Part shown: one piece after another, positions 46,793-58,077 of the stretch
How the letters are laid out: every line of letters begins with the position of its first letter
Position numbering within the stretch: position 1 is the first letter of the stretch
Assembly: GCA_965240325.2 (NCBI GenBank)
Contig: OZ251244.1
Span: forward strand, 1,116,001-1,180,000
DNA from: Rebecca billardiae RCC1528
Lineage: Eukaryota > Protista > Haptophyta
Reading direction: 5' to 3'
Length of the DNA: 64,000 nt
Notes under the pieces: model-generated
Databases searched by the model: none
Seen by the model: the letters and a program-made list of their open reading frames with translations, nothing else
Told to the model about the DNA's origin: nothing
Made by a program: the position numbers and the translations under genes

Positions 46793-49700
46793 ATGAGCAT
46801 GCGCCGCACGGCGTCGAAGGGCGAGGCGGGCGTGCCACGGCGCACGCGCACCGGCTCGCTCCGCGAGTCCATCTCGACGATGGGCCGGCGCGGCTCGGGC
46901 GTGTTTGAGTCCGCCTCGTTCAAGAAGCTGAGCACCGGCGCCGCGCCGCCGGACATGGTGACGACCGCGGCGGACGACGCGCCGACGATGATCATCACGT
47001 ACACGCGCGACGAGGGCCTCATCACGTACATCAACCGCGAGGTGTACAAGACCCTCGGCCCCGACGCGACCGTGGGCAAGCACGTCGAGGAGCTGCTGGA
47101 GCCGGCGTTCCGGCGCGAGCGCACGCTCGAGGTGTGCCGCTTCCTCTTCGGCGTCGGGCAGGGCGTGGAGAGCAAGAAGTCCTCGCTCATGCTCCGCTCC
47201 GCCGCGGGCAACGCGCTCCCCGCCAACCTCGTCATGCGCGCGACCGCCGGCTCGGCCGTGTGCACGGCCAACCTGTTTCCCGGAACTTTCGCGCCCGACC
47301 TGCTCGACTGGCACACGGCGTTGACGGCGCACCGCGCGCCGTCGCCCGCGCACCCGCCGTTGAGCTCGCTCCTCCACCCCGGCCACGCCGGCGTGCGCCC
47401 CATCTTCGTCGAGATGGACGAGCTCGTGCAGCCCCCGGACGGCGGGCGCGCGCCAGAGTGGCGCGAGGTCGCGCGCTGGAGAGACGGGCTGGAGCAGCGC
47501 GTGCTGCCGCCCGGCGCGGAGCAGGGCGGCGGCGGCGGCGCGGGCGCGGGCGCGGGCGAGGCGCCGCAGCCGCCCGAGCTCCACTTCGGCAAGGCGCACC
47601 TCTCCTCCGTCAAGTTCCAGCACTTCATCGAACTTCGGAAGGTTCTCGCTGCCGGCGTGGTGAAGCTCGATCTCGATCTGGAGATTGAGATCGACGAGAC
47701 GGCGATGGCGGCGGCGGCGAAGGCGGAGGCGGGCGAGGAGCTGCGCCCCGCGGCGGAGCACGCGGGGGACGACGCGCGCGCGCGCGCGGCGCGCCTCGCC
47801 CTCGCCGAGGCGATGGTCGACGCGCTCATCGGCGCGGGCCACGTCGTGCCCACCGCGCGCTCCGAGCTGATCCATTTGGTCCTGCTGCAGCACGTTCATG
47901 CGACCGAGCGGCGGAAGAAGGCGCAGCGCGCGGCGGGCGTGCGCGGCTCGGCCGGCTCGGCGGGCTCGATGGCCGCCCCGCCCGCGCCCGCCGCGCAGCG
48001 CGCCCGCACCAAAGCCCAGCACGACGCCGCCGACGCCGACGCCGACGCCGCCGCCGATGACGACGACGATGACGACGACGCCGACGCGGGCGCCGAGGGC
48101 GCTGGTGCGGAGGCGCCTGAGGCCTGCGACGTGCTCGCCGGCACGGTGGAGCTCCTCGCGGAGCGGGTGGGCGTGTTCGTGCGGCTGAAGCGCGCGCTCG
48201 ACCTCGGCTCGATGACCGAGCCGAGCGCGCCGCACCAGCGCGCGCCCGCCGTGCGCTTCGTCTTTCTCTGCCTCGGGCCAAGCGGCGCGGCGCGAGAGAC
48301 ACACTCGGTCGGCCACGCTCTCGCGACGCTGATGTCGCATCGCGAGTTTGCGGGCGCGGCGCAGCTGCTCGGCTCGAAGCAGGAGCTGCTCGAGGTGCGC
48401 GCCGCGCGCACCGCACACCGCGCACCGCGCACGCGCCGCCGCGCCGCGCCTCTCGCCCAGCCCTGTCTCGCGTGGCCGCGCGCGCCGAGCGCGCCCGCGT
48501 GCCCGCGCGCCGCGCGAGCGTGCCCCCGCGCGCCGCGCGCGCTCGCCCGACCCGTCCCCGCGGCCGCGGCCGCCATCCGCCGCCGCCTTCCGCCGCGCGC
48601 GCGCCGAGCGCAGGCGATCGACGGCTCGATCGACTCGACCAACCTCACGTTCGCGCAGAACATTGAAGTGATTCGGATCGCGCGCGAGAGCGCGGCCGCG
48701 CGCGCGCCCGGCCGCGCCGCCGCCGGCCGCGCGGACGGCGGGTGCTGTGGGCTGCTGCGCGCCGGCGGCGCGGGCGGCGCGGGCGGCGGCGGCTCGTCGG
48801 ACGAGGACGACGACGTGCCCGAGATGCTCATCGAGATGGGCGAGCTCGACGGCGAGTCGCAGCCGGTGGGCGCGGGCTGGATCAAAAGGGAAAACGGCAT
48901 GCGCCGCCGCTCGTCCATACGGCTGGTCGAGCATGCGGTTTCGGCCGCGCCGCCCGAGGCGAACACGAAGCAGATCACCACGATCGAGGCGCCGAAGGAG
49001 GTGATCCGCGTGGGCCGGCGCGACTACGCCTGCGGCGCTCGTGTGCGCGTGCTCGCTCTTCGCCGTGCTGATCATGGTCTTCTGGCACCCGCACAGCGCG
49101 CGGCACGACGTGCTCACCGCCAAGATGACTAAGTATAACACTCACATTACCTCGCCGCTGTTCGCGACGTCGCGGGGCGCGCCGCTGGTGCTGCCGCTGA
49201 GCGCGGAGGGCGCGCGCGACGTGGTCGACGTCAAGCTCGTCGCGGCGTGCACGCTCAACGACTGCGGCGCCGGCACCGCCGCCGCCGCCGGCGGCGCGCA
49301 CCGGCAGCGCCGCGGCCGGCTGCTGAGCGCGCCGCGCGAGCTCGCCGACGCCGCCGACGCCGCCGACGCCGCCGGCGCCGCCGGCGCGCTGCACGGCGCG
49401 AGCTGGGTGCGGTGGACGCTGCGCGTGGGCGACGGCGACGGCGGCGGGCATGGCGCGGGCGAGCGGCTGTGCGCGAGCGCGCGGTACGCGCTGCGCCCGA
49501 CGCAGCAGGTCGAGGTCCTCACCACGGTGGACGTGATGGCGGCGCCGTGCGCGGACGCGGCGCGCGCACACGGCGCGCGGCTCTCGCTCGACGTGAGCAC
49601 AGACGCAGTCGAGCCGCTGAGCGTGCTCGTGCAGCCGATCCAGATCGGCCCGATCGGGCGGCACCGGATCCTGCTCGGCGGGCTCCTCTTCGTCGTCGTC

Positions 49701-51361
49701 TTCGCCGGCATCATCTCCGAGGTTATCCACCGCTGCTACACGACATTTCTCGGAAGCTTCCTCGCGCTCGCGCTGCTCGCCCTCACGCACGAAGTGCCCG
49801 AGGTGCACACCGTCGTGGCGATGATCGACGCGGGCACGCTGATGCTGCTGTTCGCGATGATGGTGAACGTGCACCTGCTCTCGCTCACCGGCTTCTTCCA
49901 GTGGGCGAGCGTGCGGATGGTCGAGCTCAGCCGGGGCAACACGATGGCGCTATTCTTCCTATTGACGAACCTGACCGGCTTCCTCTCGGCGTTCCTCGAC
50001 AACGTCACGTGTGTCATGCTGATCGGGCCGGTGACGATCAAGCTGTGCGAGCAGATGAAGATCGACCCGGTGCCGTTCTACCTCTCCGAGACGATCGCCG
50101 CGACGATCGGCGGCACCGCCACGCTCATCGGCGACCCGCCCAACGTCGTGATCGGCAACAAGCTGCAGCTCGGCTTCACGGACTTTTTAATATTCAACGG
50201 CCCGCTCGTCCTAGTGATCATGCCGCTCTCGACCGTTGTGCAGTACCTCCGCTTTCGGCACACGTTCCCCACCGAGCGCGTGCAGCTGGACCTCGGCGCG
50301 CTCAAGGCGGAGAACAAGATCCACGACGAGCGCTCCCTCCTCTTCCTCGCCTTCATCTTCGGCGGGATCTTTCTCGGACTTTTCCTCTTCGAGCTCCACG
50401 GCCACGAGCCGTCGTGGTTCTGTCTCCTCGGGATGCTGGGCGCGAGCATCGCGACCTCGCCGCACAACATCCACCACGCGATCGCCGCGGTGGAGTGGGA
50501 CACGCTGCTCTTCTTCGCCGGGCTCTTCGTCTTCGTCGAGTCGCTCGCCGAGATCGGTGCGCGCGCGCGCGGCACCGCTGCGCGCGGCACCACGCACGCC
50601 CGCCCGCTGCGCGCCGTCGGGCGCGCGCGAGCGCGCGCGCGGGCGGGCAGTCGCGCGGGCGCGTGGGCGGGTGTGCGCTCAGCCGCCGCAACTGTCCTCC
50701 CCCCGCGCGCGCGTGCCGGCCACGCAGGCCTGATTCGCTTCGTCGGCGGGCTGATGAGCGGAGTCATTCGAACCGTGCCGCTGGATGCTCGACTGGTGCG
50801 CGCCGCGCCGCCGCGCCGCCGCGCCGCCGTGCCGCCGTGCCGCCTCACGCGGCGCGCGCAGCCTGGCTCAGCCGCGCGCGCGCCCGCGCGATCGCCCCTC
50901 GCCCTCGCGATCGCGTCCGCGGGATGCTCGCCCTCGCCCTCGCCCTCGCGGTCGCCACCGCCCCGCTCTCGCGCCCCGCTCCCCGGCAGTCCGTGGCGAT
51001 GGTGATCTTCCTGTGGGTGTCGGCAATCGGCTCGGCGTTCTTGGAGTCGCTGCCGTACACGACGACGATCACGTACATCATCATCAACCTGCTGAACGAG
51101 GACGACCTGGAGATCCCGATCCTGCCGCTGGCGTGGGCGCTGTCCGTCGGCGCGTGCGTCGGCGGCATCGGCTCGATCATGGGCTCGTCGGCCAACCTCG
51201 TCTCGATGGCCGTCTCAGAACGGTACGCGCCCGCCAACCCGATCAAGGGGAAGCACTTCCTCCAGTATGGCTTCCCGCTGCTGCTGCTCTGCGTCTCGAT
51301 CGCCACGGGCTACCAGCAGGTGCTCTTCACGGTGATCCAGCCGTACAAGCAGTACCACTGA
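46793..51361 (+). CDS. Chimeric transporter: PAS-like + SLC4/band-3 cytoplasmic domain + OCA2/P-protein (ArsB/NhaD/CitMHS, IT superfamily) membrane domain; introns 48395-48613, 50557-50727, 50796-50989; +1 frame discontinuity at ~49005-49040
   Basis: PAS-like segment: EGLITYINREVYKTLG...VGKHVEELLEP...LRSAAGNALPANL. Band-3 motifs: IFVEMDEL..EWREVARW..LE, FGKAHLSSVKFQHFIELRKVL, VFVRL..A..LG.MTE..VRFVFLCLGP, VGHALATLMS. P-protein motifs: SEVIHR, IDAGTLMLLFAMM, LSAFLDNVT, IGGTATLIGDPPNVVI, VEWDTLLFFAGLF, GSSANLV. Confidence 0.8.
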
Positions 51362-51444
51362 CATTGCTTGGGGCCTTGGCGCACCGGGCCGGCGCCGCCA
51401 TCGTGCGAACGAATCGCGTTCGCAGCGGTGTGAGATATCTAGTA

Positions 51445-53377
51445 CAGGTCGCTGCTTCAACTTTCGGACCCGATTGCTGTTCACTTTTTGTGCACGATGG
51501 CGGCGGCGCCCCCGGGGGTCTGCGGCGCTCGAGATCGCGTCTGGCGGCACCCCCAGGGTGTGCCTGAGGTACAACCCAGCGGGTATGTACCATTTAGACG
51601 ACTTTGTTCCACTACCATGTGCCCCACGGACGCCACGAGGTCCACGACGGGGCCGCCGACGGCATGCTTCAAGTGCTTCAACTTTCAGACCCGCGGGCTC
51701 TCAGCGCGCGCGCCGAGTCAGAGCCGCTGTCTGGTGAGCCGTGTGAGTCGGGCTAACGGCATCATGCACTCTAGATACCACATACATGCAGCAGACCACC
51801 TCAGGGATTCACTAGGCTTCCGCGCCACCGCCAGCCGGCGCTGCGGCTGCGCGGCCAGCACGGTCGACGACGACAGCTCATACTGACGCGGCGGTGCCCG
51901 GCGCGGCCGGCGCCGGCGCCGATTGCTTGCGAGCTTCCGAGCACTCGGCCTTCTTGCACAGCCACCCTCGGAGATCGATCTTCTGGCACGTCGGGCAGCG
52001 TCTCGCCTTCGCCATCGGGCAGGGCGACACGCCGCACGAGCAGGTCTGGTGACAGCGGTCGAAGCTCGCCTCGAGCTCAGCAGCAGCTGCCTCCGCCTCC
52101 GCCTTCTTCCGCGCACGCTCGGATGCGGCCGCCGCCTTGCGCGCCGCCTCGGCCTCCTTCTGCGCGGTCTGCGCGGCCTTCTGCGTGTTGATCTCACGCA
52201 ACGACCACGAGCCGTTTTGGCTGTCGAGCCGCGTGTTGTCCGGCTTCGGCGCGGCGAGCTCCACGGCGGGCACTGGAAGGACACCGAGCTGGTCTGCGAG
52301 CTCACCCGGGTCGAACCTCACCGCCTTGCGCACCGCGGCGAGCTCGGCGTCGTGCTCATCACGCTCGCGCACGAGCTTGGCGGCCTGGCGGCCGGAGTAC
52401 TCCTTGGCGAGCTCGAGCTTGGCGCGGAGGGCTGGAGCAGTGTTCGAGCGCATCCCCGCAGGCGTGGCTGTGAACGCACTAAACGTAGGTGATGCGTGCG
52501 CGCCAGAGGGCTCGCCGTCGTCGGCCGAGCGCGCAGCCCCGCGCTCCGGAGTGCTTGGCGCCGCTGCCGGCGCCGCCGCCGCGAGCGACGCGGCATCGGC
52601 CTCCTCCTCTTGCCGCCTGCGCTCCGCCTTCGCCTGTGCGGCATCGAGACGATCCACGAAGTCCTTCCTGTTGATCTGGTCCGGGTCCAACACGTTGCCC
52701 GTGATGCCCACCTTGCGCCACGCGTTGATGATGTCAAAGGTGTCACACCACGAGAACCACGCACCCGGCGTGGACAGCTCCTCACAGCCGCCGAGGATCT
52801 GGAGGAACTCGCGGAGGCCGATCGTGGGCTCCTTGCCGTAGCTCGCCGTGTACGCGTGCTTGAAAGACGCCAGGCCCTTCTGGTATTGCGAGTGGAACTT
52901 GTGGTTGTACTGATCGAGAGCCTTCACGGTGCGTGCGGCCGCGCGAGGGCGGAGAGGTGATTGTGCGCGCGTCGCGCGCGCGCGCCGGGCCGATTGCACG
53001 CCAGGTACACCCGGGGCACGCGCGCGCGCCGGAGAGGCGCTGCAGCCGTCCGCGCGCACGGGCGCCTACCTGTAGGAAGTGCGACGTGTTCGGCTCCTCG
53101 GTGAAGATGCGGATGCCGAACTCGGACTCAGCAGTGCCGAGGGCTGCGAGCACGTCCTCCGTGTACCGCGACGAGTGGTTGTCGAGCAACAGCACGATCG
53201 GGAAGGCGATGGGCTCCAGCCCCGCAGCCACCAGAGCTGCGTTGAGGTCACCAGACGCGCCGACAGGCCGCCTAGCCCTGCCGCGCGGCGCCCGCCACAC
53301 AGCAGCCGCTGCGCGAGGTGCGTCGCCATCGCCGGGTCTGAAAGACGAAGCAGTCCGAAAAACGAAGCAGCGACCTG
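51445..53377 (-). mobile_element. pogo/Tc1-mariner superfamily DNA transposon, internally deleted (1933 bp)
   Basis: 25-bp TIRs CAGGTCGCTGCTTC(AAC/GTT)TTTCGGAC at both ends, each flanked by TA (51443-44, 53378-79). Contains a DDE_1-type transposase remnant. Confidence 0.88.
51878..53250 (-). pseudogene. 5'-truncated pogo-like DDE transposase with intron 53069-52922 and C-terminal Cys-rich (Zn-finger-like) tail
   Basis: Spliced product reads IVLLLDNHSSRY...EEPNTSHFLQ|ALDQYN...IINAWRKVGI (DDE_1 second and third acidic motifs) and ends CHQTCSCGVSPC...CPTCQ...CKKAEC. The HTH and first catalytic Asp region are absent. Confidence 0.8.
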
Positions 53378-53491
53378 TAGGGGAGATAGTATGCGAAAGT
53401 GCCTAACCAGCTGCAGCTGCAGCCGCGCTTCCGCGGCAGTCGGCACTGCCAGCCGCGCTCCCAAAGTTGGGACGATTCGCCGCCATCGAGC

Positions 53492-55118
53492 ATGCCCGCG
53501 CCGCACGTGCGCGCGCTGGGGGCGGCGGGCGCCTTGCTCGTGATCGTGGCCGCCGCGCTGTACGCGTTCGACACGCGTGGCACCGCCCACCGCGCCTCGC
53601 CGGACCTCGTCCGCCGCTCGCGCCACCACCGCCACCGTGACAAGGCGCGCGCCGCGGTCGTTGCCGAGCCGTCGCCGCCGCCGCCGCCGCGCGGCCTGTC
53701 GACGGCGTCCGCGCTGAGCTGGCTGGAGCCGCTCGACGTGCTCAAGTGCGGGCGCTGGCCGAACGCGAACCGCCTCGTCCAGCACCTCGCCGAGCTCGGC
53801 GTCGACTCCGCCCAGCGCTTCGGCTGGAGCTGCAGCGCCTTCTCGCGGAGGCTCGAGATGCACCGCCCGCGGCACGAGCGCGTCACGCCCGCGAGCTGCG
53901 CGCGGTGGTGCGAGGCGCAGGTCGACCCGACCGACGCGATCCAGGGCAAGTGGTGCTGCGCGTGGGCCGAGGACGGCCACGGCGAGGGCACGTGCTCCTG
54001 GGCCGACGGCACGGCTGTCGTCAAGGATGTTGGCTGCCAGGCGCCGGGAAGGCACTCCCCAAGCCGCGGCACGGCGGAGTGCGTCCACCCGCTCGCGTAC
54101 GAGGCGTGTTCGTTCGCCGCGGGGTTCGAGCGGCTGGACGGCTTCGGCTGCCGCGACGACAGCCGCACACGCTCCGCCCACGCCCTCGACGCCGGCTCGT
54201 TCAACGCGTGCTCCCAGCTGTGCGTCGCGCAGAGCGGCTGTGGCTATTTTGCGTTTTCCGCGGCGGCGGCGCGGTGCGGCGGGGCGGCGTGCAAGCTGTA
54301 CGAGGCGTGCCGCGCGACGCGCAGGCCGCTGCCCGGCGCGTGGCGCACGTACCGACGCACGAGCATGGCCTCGGCCGTCTGGCCCACGCAGGCGGGCGCG
54401 CCCCTCGGCATGCGCGTCCCGTCGCACTCCGGCTCTGACGAAGGCGCGAGCGGCGCGGCAGAGGCGCTCGCGCGGCCGGGCGGCGGGGCGGCGGCGGGCG
54501 CGGGGGCGGAGTACGCGTGCGACACGAGCGACGGGAAGCGGATGGGCGACGCGATGCGGATGGGCGGCGAGTGGCCCAACGCCTGCTCCCAGATCTGCCT
54601 GCCCAACGCGTTCTGGGGACCCGCGCAAAGGCGCGGCGTCGTCGGCGGCTCGTGCAAGGCCAGCGGCTGTGGCACGTTCGTCGCGGCGCGCAAGTACGCA
54701 GGAGGTGCGGCGCGCGCGCGCGCGGTGGGCGTGCGGGGCCCGACGCGTCGCGCGCGCCGCTGTGCTGCCGGAGAGGCGGGAGGGCGGGGGGGCGAGAAGC
54801 CAACGCTGCGCGCGCGGCGCGCGCGGCGCGCATCGCCTCGACCGTGCGGCGCCTGGCACCGGCCGCCGCCGCCCCTCGCCAACCCGCGTCTTGCCCACTA
54901 ATTCTGCTACCCGCTTCTACCCACTTCTGCTACCCGCTTCTACCCACTTCTGCCGAGCAGTCCCATACAACGTCTACAACTGCACGTGCCCACCGGCCGA
55001 CTCGAGCGCGACGTACAGCTGCCCGGCCTCCGAGCCCGCCGTGCTGCCGGGCGCAGTCGAGGTGGACGTTGGCGAGCAGGCGGAGTACGAAGACGCGGCA
55101 GAGGCCGAGACGTGCTGA
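53492..55118 (+). CDS. Cys-rich signal-anchored/secreted protein with PAN/apple-like domain; exons 53492-54704, 54961-55118
   Basis: Hydrophobic N-terminus LGAAGALLVIVAAALYAF. FNACSQLCVAQSGCGYFAF...CKLY is PAN-like. A phase-1 GT..CAG intron gives KYAG|VPYNVYNCTC. Confidence 0.7.
54902..54953. repeat. Intronic tandem repeat, 23-bp unit TTCTGCTACCCGCTTCTACCCAC x~2.3
   Basis: Seen directly, just before the 3' splice site at 54960. Confidence 0.75.
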
Positions 55119-56970
55119 CTCGGCGACGAGCGTGTCGCCTGACGCTCCTATGCTGCCAATCCTACGGACCGAGAGACCGAGCAGTGGTCTCACGGAGGAG
55201 CTCCAGCTCGGCTGCCGAGAGGCCAGCCCGGTGGCCGGTGGGCCGGTGATGCCGGCCTGCTGGCTGCTGGTGAGTGATGCGGCTCACCAGCAGCGCATGC
55301 ATAGCCATATGTTCGATCGTCGCGATGAGCGCCATTGCTGACGAGCTGAAGAGTGATGTTCGAAGTAGGCGACCCAGACGGCCTGTGCATGCGGCCCGCA
55401 CAAGCAAGCAAGCCCGATCTTATGGCGGGCCGTAGGTCCGCCCCTTGGTAGTGCCCGGGAAAAAGATAAGAAAAAGAAAAGGAAAAAATAAAATCGCCTC
55501 GCAAAGAAAAGAAAATCGCCTCGCTCACTGCCGGGTCGCTTCGCTCACTACCGGGCGCCCTCGCAGCTCCCACTGGGGACGCTCGGCCGAAAACCATGTG
55601 GCGCCTGGCGCGGAGCGCGTGGGCGGCGCGCGCCAAATCCAACGCCGGCGCGGACATCGCGCGAGGATTCCCGAACGGTGTTTTCGCCCGATTCGCGTTT
55701 GCTGCCCTCGTCGTCTCGCGTGCAGGTCGAACGGGGGCCAAAGTCGACGCGTTTGGAGGCACGCTCGGCGCGTCGACACGATCGTGCGACCTGGGGCGGT
55801 CCTCGCCCGACTTGCACGTCGAGCGCTCGCACGAGCCATAGTATTAAGCGCTGCGCACGACAACCACCTCGCGCGATCCACCGTCGCGCGTCGAGCTCGG
55901 TGCGGAAAGGCCCTCATCACGAGGTGTCTCGCGGGCGGGAAGCGCCATCGCACGCGACGCAAGATTTGGCGCGGCCTTCTGAACTCGATCGCCGGAATCC
56001 GCGCACCGGACTCAGTCATTGCTCGCGGTCCGGTCCCTCAGCCGAGCCCACGTCCGGCCTGCATGGCGCATGGCGTCGACGGTGACCAATGCGACGGAAG
56101 CGCAGCGCTAACGGCGTACGACGCGCAGCGGACGCACCTCCCGGGTCTGTCGCCGTGGCAGCAACCGCCTCTTCGCGAGTTGGCGACCCTCGCCGCAGCG
56201 CGACACAGACAAGCCCGTGATGCCATCCGCAGAGAGATGAATCGTCGAGCATGCAACATCGCCGCGTCATCCTCGTCCATGGCGCAGGCGCTGCGGGACG
56301 AGGCGGAAGTCGTCACGCCGGTGACTGATGCGCTGCGATTCGTGTGCCCGCGTGAGCAGCGCTTGCCTACTCTCGATCGCGAGTGGCACACGCTGTCGCT
56401 GCGCGCGCGCACGCGCACGACCGCGTGAACGTCAACGCGCTCGTGCTCAGCGTGGCGGCCGTGTACGACGTCAACGCGACCTGCGCCGAGCCCATCGTGC
56501 CTGGAGCGGACATCGGCAAGCATCCTCGCGACGACCGCTCTCGGCTGGCGGAAGGAGGACATGCACATGATCTACTCTGGCGGCTTCGGCGGCGGCGAGG
56601 CGCTCGATTACGCCATCGCGGTCGACATGCGGCACATACAGCGCGTACCCGCGCTCGCGCGGAGCAACGGGCTACCCGTCCCGCCCCGCGTGCTGACATT
56701 CCCTCGTGGGTGTGGGCGGCCTCGCGTTGCTGGTCCTTGCACTCGACTGTCCGTCACCCACGGCCACAAGCGAATGTGGAAAGACGCGAACCCGCAGAGG
56801 ATACATTGCGACAGCACTGGCACGGCCCGCCGACCCCCCCGCCCGCCAGGGCAGAGTTTTTACCCGTACGGTACCATACATACCGGAACGGCTCAAGCCC
56901 GCACAGTCACGGACGGAACTAACGCGTCATCAACCGCGCGTGTGCGCGTGCGCAGGCTCCGCTCCGGCCT

Positions 56971-57666
56971 ATGCCGAGCTTCCGCGCGAGCCTTGTGCTC
57001 CTGGCCCTGCGCGCAGTAGGATCCCTCGCCGCCGAGCCTGTCCAGGTCCATCGGCGCGCTTTGATCGCAAAGGCCACCGCACTCGCGACGTCGGCGGCCC
57101 TGGGCCCGTCGATCGTCTCGCCCGCGCACGCTGCTGTGAGTGCCGAGGCGGACGCGCAGGCGCAGCGGCTGCTTGGCCCACTCGTCTCGGCGCAGGCGGG
57201 TCTGCAGCGCCAGCTGCAGCCCGGGACGCGGGTCCCGTTGCTGCGAACCGCACACGCCTGGCAGGAGAGCTGGCAGGTCCCCGCCGATCCCGCCACCTTT
57301 CTCGCGAAGCTCAGCGATGGGCTCCTTGCGCAGAACGAGAAGGATTCGCGCGGGTTCGTGTTCGTGCTTGACGAAGCAGACGCGCAGGCGGGGCGTGCGC
57401 AGGTGAGCGTCTTCACGCGGAAGCGCTGGCTCGACATCGTCACGATCGAGCTCGCGCCGGCTGGCGCCGCGCAGTCCACTGCGACCGTCAAGTGCGTCAG
57501 CTCCGGCCTGTTTCCGCTGAGCGTGCCGGGCGCGCCCGTTCTGAACGTGCCGCTCTTCTTCTTCCCGTTCGGGGACCAGCGCGTCTCCGAGCTCAAGACG
57601 TGTCCGGAGCTGCGCAAGGCGACGGGGCTCGACATCCGCGTCCTGAGCAAAGGCCGGCTGATCTGA
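56971..57666 (+). CDS. Probable plastid thylakoid-lumen protein of unknown function
   Basis: ER signal MPSFRASLVLLALRAVGS, then the twin-arginine Tat pattern HRRALIAKATALATSAALGPSIVSPAHA-A (RR + hydrophobic + AxA). Mature domain contains SSGLFPLSVPGAPVLNVPLFFFPFGD. Confidence 0.7.
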   Translation: MPSFRASLVLLALRAVGSLAAEPVQVHRRALIAKATALATSAALGPSIVSPAHAAVSAEADAQAQRLLGPLVSAQAGLQRQLQPGTRVPLLRTAHAWQESWQVPADPATFLAKLSDGLLAQNEKDSRGFVFVLDEADAQAGRAQVSVFTRKRWLDIVTIELAPAGAAQSTATVKCVSSGLFPLSVPGAPVLNVPLFFFPFGDQRVSELKTCPELRKATGLDIRVLSKGRLI

Positions 57667-58077
57667 TGATGTGTCATCCGGCGGCACCGGCCGCACCGGC
57701 CGCACCGCGGTGCCGCCGCCGCCAGCCAGGCGGGTCCGCGGGCCTCACGAGTCGCACGAATCGGGCCGTCAGCAGCGTCGGCTCACTCGGCTGCTGACTG
57801 ATGATCATTATTGGCATTTATTATCTCGCCCGACCGTGACGGAGAACGTCTGGCGGTCTGAGACTGAGCCCAGCCCGAGCCGTACCGCGTTAAACAACTC
57901 AGACTCACACTCGATTCCGACGGCCACTGTCAGATATCTAGTCAGACACTATGTCACTATGTCACTATATCCATATGCAAATAATAGATATAATATAAGC
58001 GCGGCAATACAACCAAGGGGCTTACAGCAAAATTAATACCACTGGGGGCGAAACACAGCTGTCGGATGCGAGGCTCC

